DNA of 64,000 nucleotides from an uncultured Phycisphaerales bacterium (GTDB lineage Bacteria; Planctomycetota; Phycisphaerae; WQYP01): NCBI GenBank assembly GCA_963766775.1, contig CAVYBP010000003.1, positions 27,759 to 91,758 of the forward strand, read 5' to 3'. Shown piece by piece: positions 63,798 to 64,000 of this stretch (position 1 is its first letter; each line of letters starts with the position of its first letter). The notes under the pieces were generated by a model. It saw only the letters and a program-made list of their open reading frames with translations, ran no database searches and was not told where the DNA came from. The position numbers and the translations under genes were made by a program.

Positions 63798-64000
63798 TTG
63801 CAGATTTCAATATCCAGGATATTTTCAAAATCGCGGTCATTGGTCACGAGAGTCCGAATGCCATGACGCCGCATGAGCGCCACCACGACCGCATCATTCG
63901 TCAGCAGCCTGTGATTTGCCGCGCTCTCACTTACTTCAGCCCAAAAATCAACTGAAAGTGCATCGGCCGCCCGTGGGCAACTCAGGATTCATCGGCTTCC
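63798..64000 (-). CDS. vapC: PIN-domain toxin (VapC-like), 5'-partial
   Basis: The minus strand reads ..AANHRLLTNDAVVVALMRRHGIRTLVTNDRDFENILDIEICKPL, then a stop at 63798-63800. Confidence 0.65.

Noticed and set aside
60167-63955. 676-aa and 358-aa + strand ORFs (60167..62197 and 62879..63955)
   Set aside because: They are Pro/Arg/His-rich shadow ORFs antisense to valS and the hydrolase gene, with no motifs.

Overview
High-GC (about 60% by eye) bacterial chromosome segment. It looks like the PVC superphylum, probably Verrucomicrobiota; this is an inference from PEP-CTERM anchors, autotransporter-associated beta-strand (PATR) repeats and the gene content. The window has four parts. (1) 1-9.8 kb is a polymorphic-toxin locus: three tandem delta-60-repeat/RHS-core toxins with unrelated C-terminal domains, each followed by a low-GC putative immunity gene, then an orphan RHS fragment. 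(2) 9.8-16.6 kb holds IS debris and a roughly 1950-aa PATR/dockerin-like/PEP-CTERM adhesin. (3) 16.9-34.3 kb is a heavily rearranged accessory island. It contains tRNA-Met and tRNA-Pro 3' fragments, a truncated IS21, and an IS66 element carrying both a group II intron and an IS4-family IS. It also contains a low-GC three-gene OLD-nuclease/UvrD-helicase/HExxH cassette flanked by 17-bp direct repeats, an apparently ORF-less group II intron, a large serine recombinase and a type I R-M remnant. (4) 34.3-64 kb is mostly core genome: an RDD/SpoIIM/DUF58/MoxR/DUF4350/DUF4129 cluster, accC-accB-pepP, a solitary nuoH, GH2, phoH, P450, valS and a partial vapC. The most interesting candidate for a new system is the Gabija-like cassette with an extra metallopeptidase-motif gene. 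One caveat applies throughout: about 30 frameshifts split otherwise conserved genes, including valS, nuoH and phoH, and several of those I mapped to the base sit in homopolymer runs. Assembly indel error is therefore more likely than real pseudogenisation. All family assignments come from motifs read by eye, and no searches were run.
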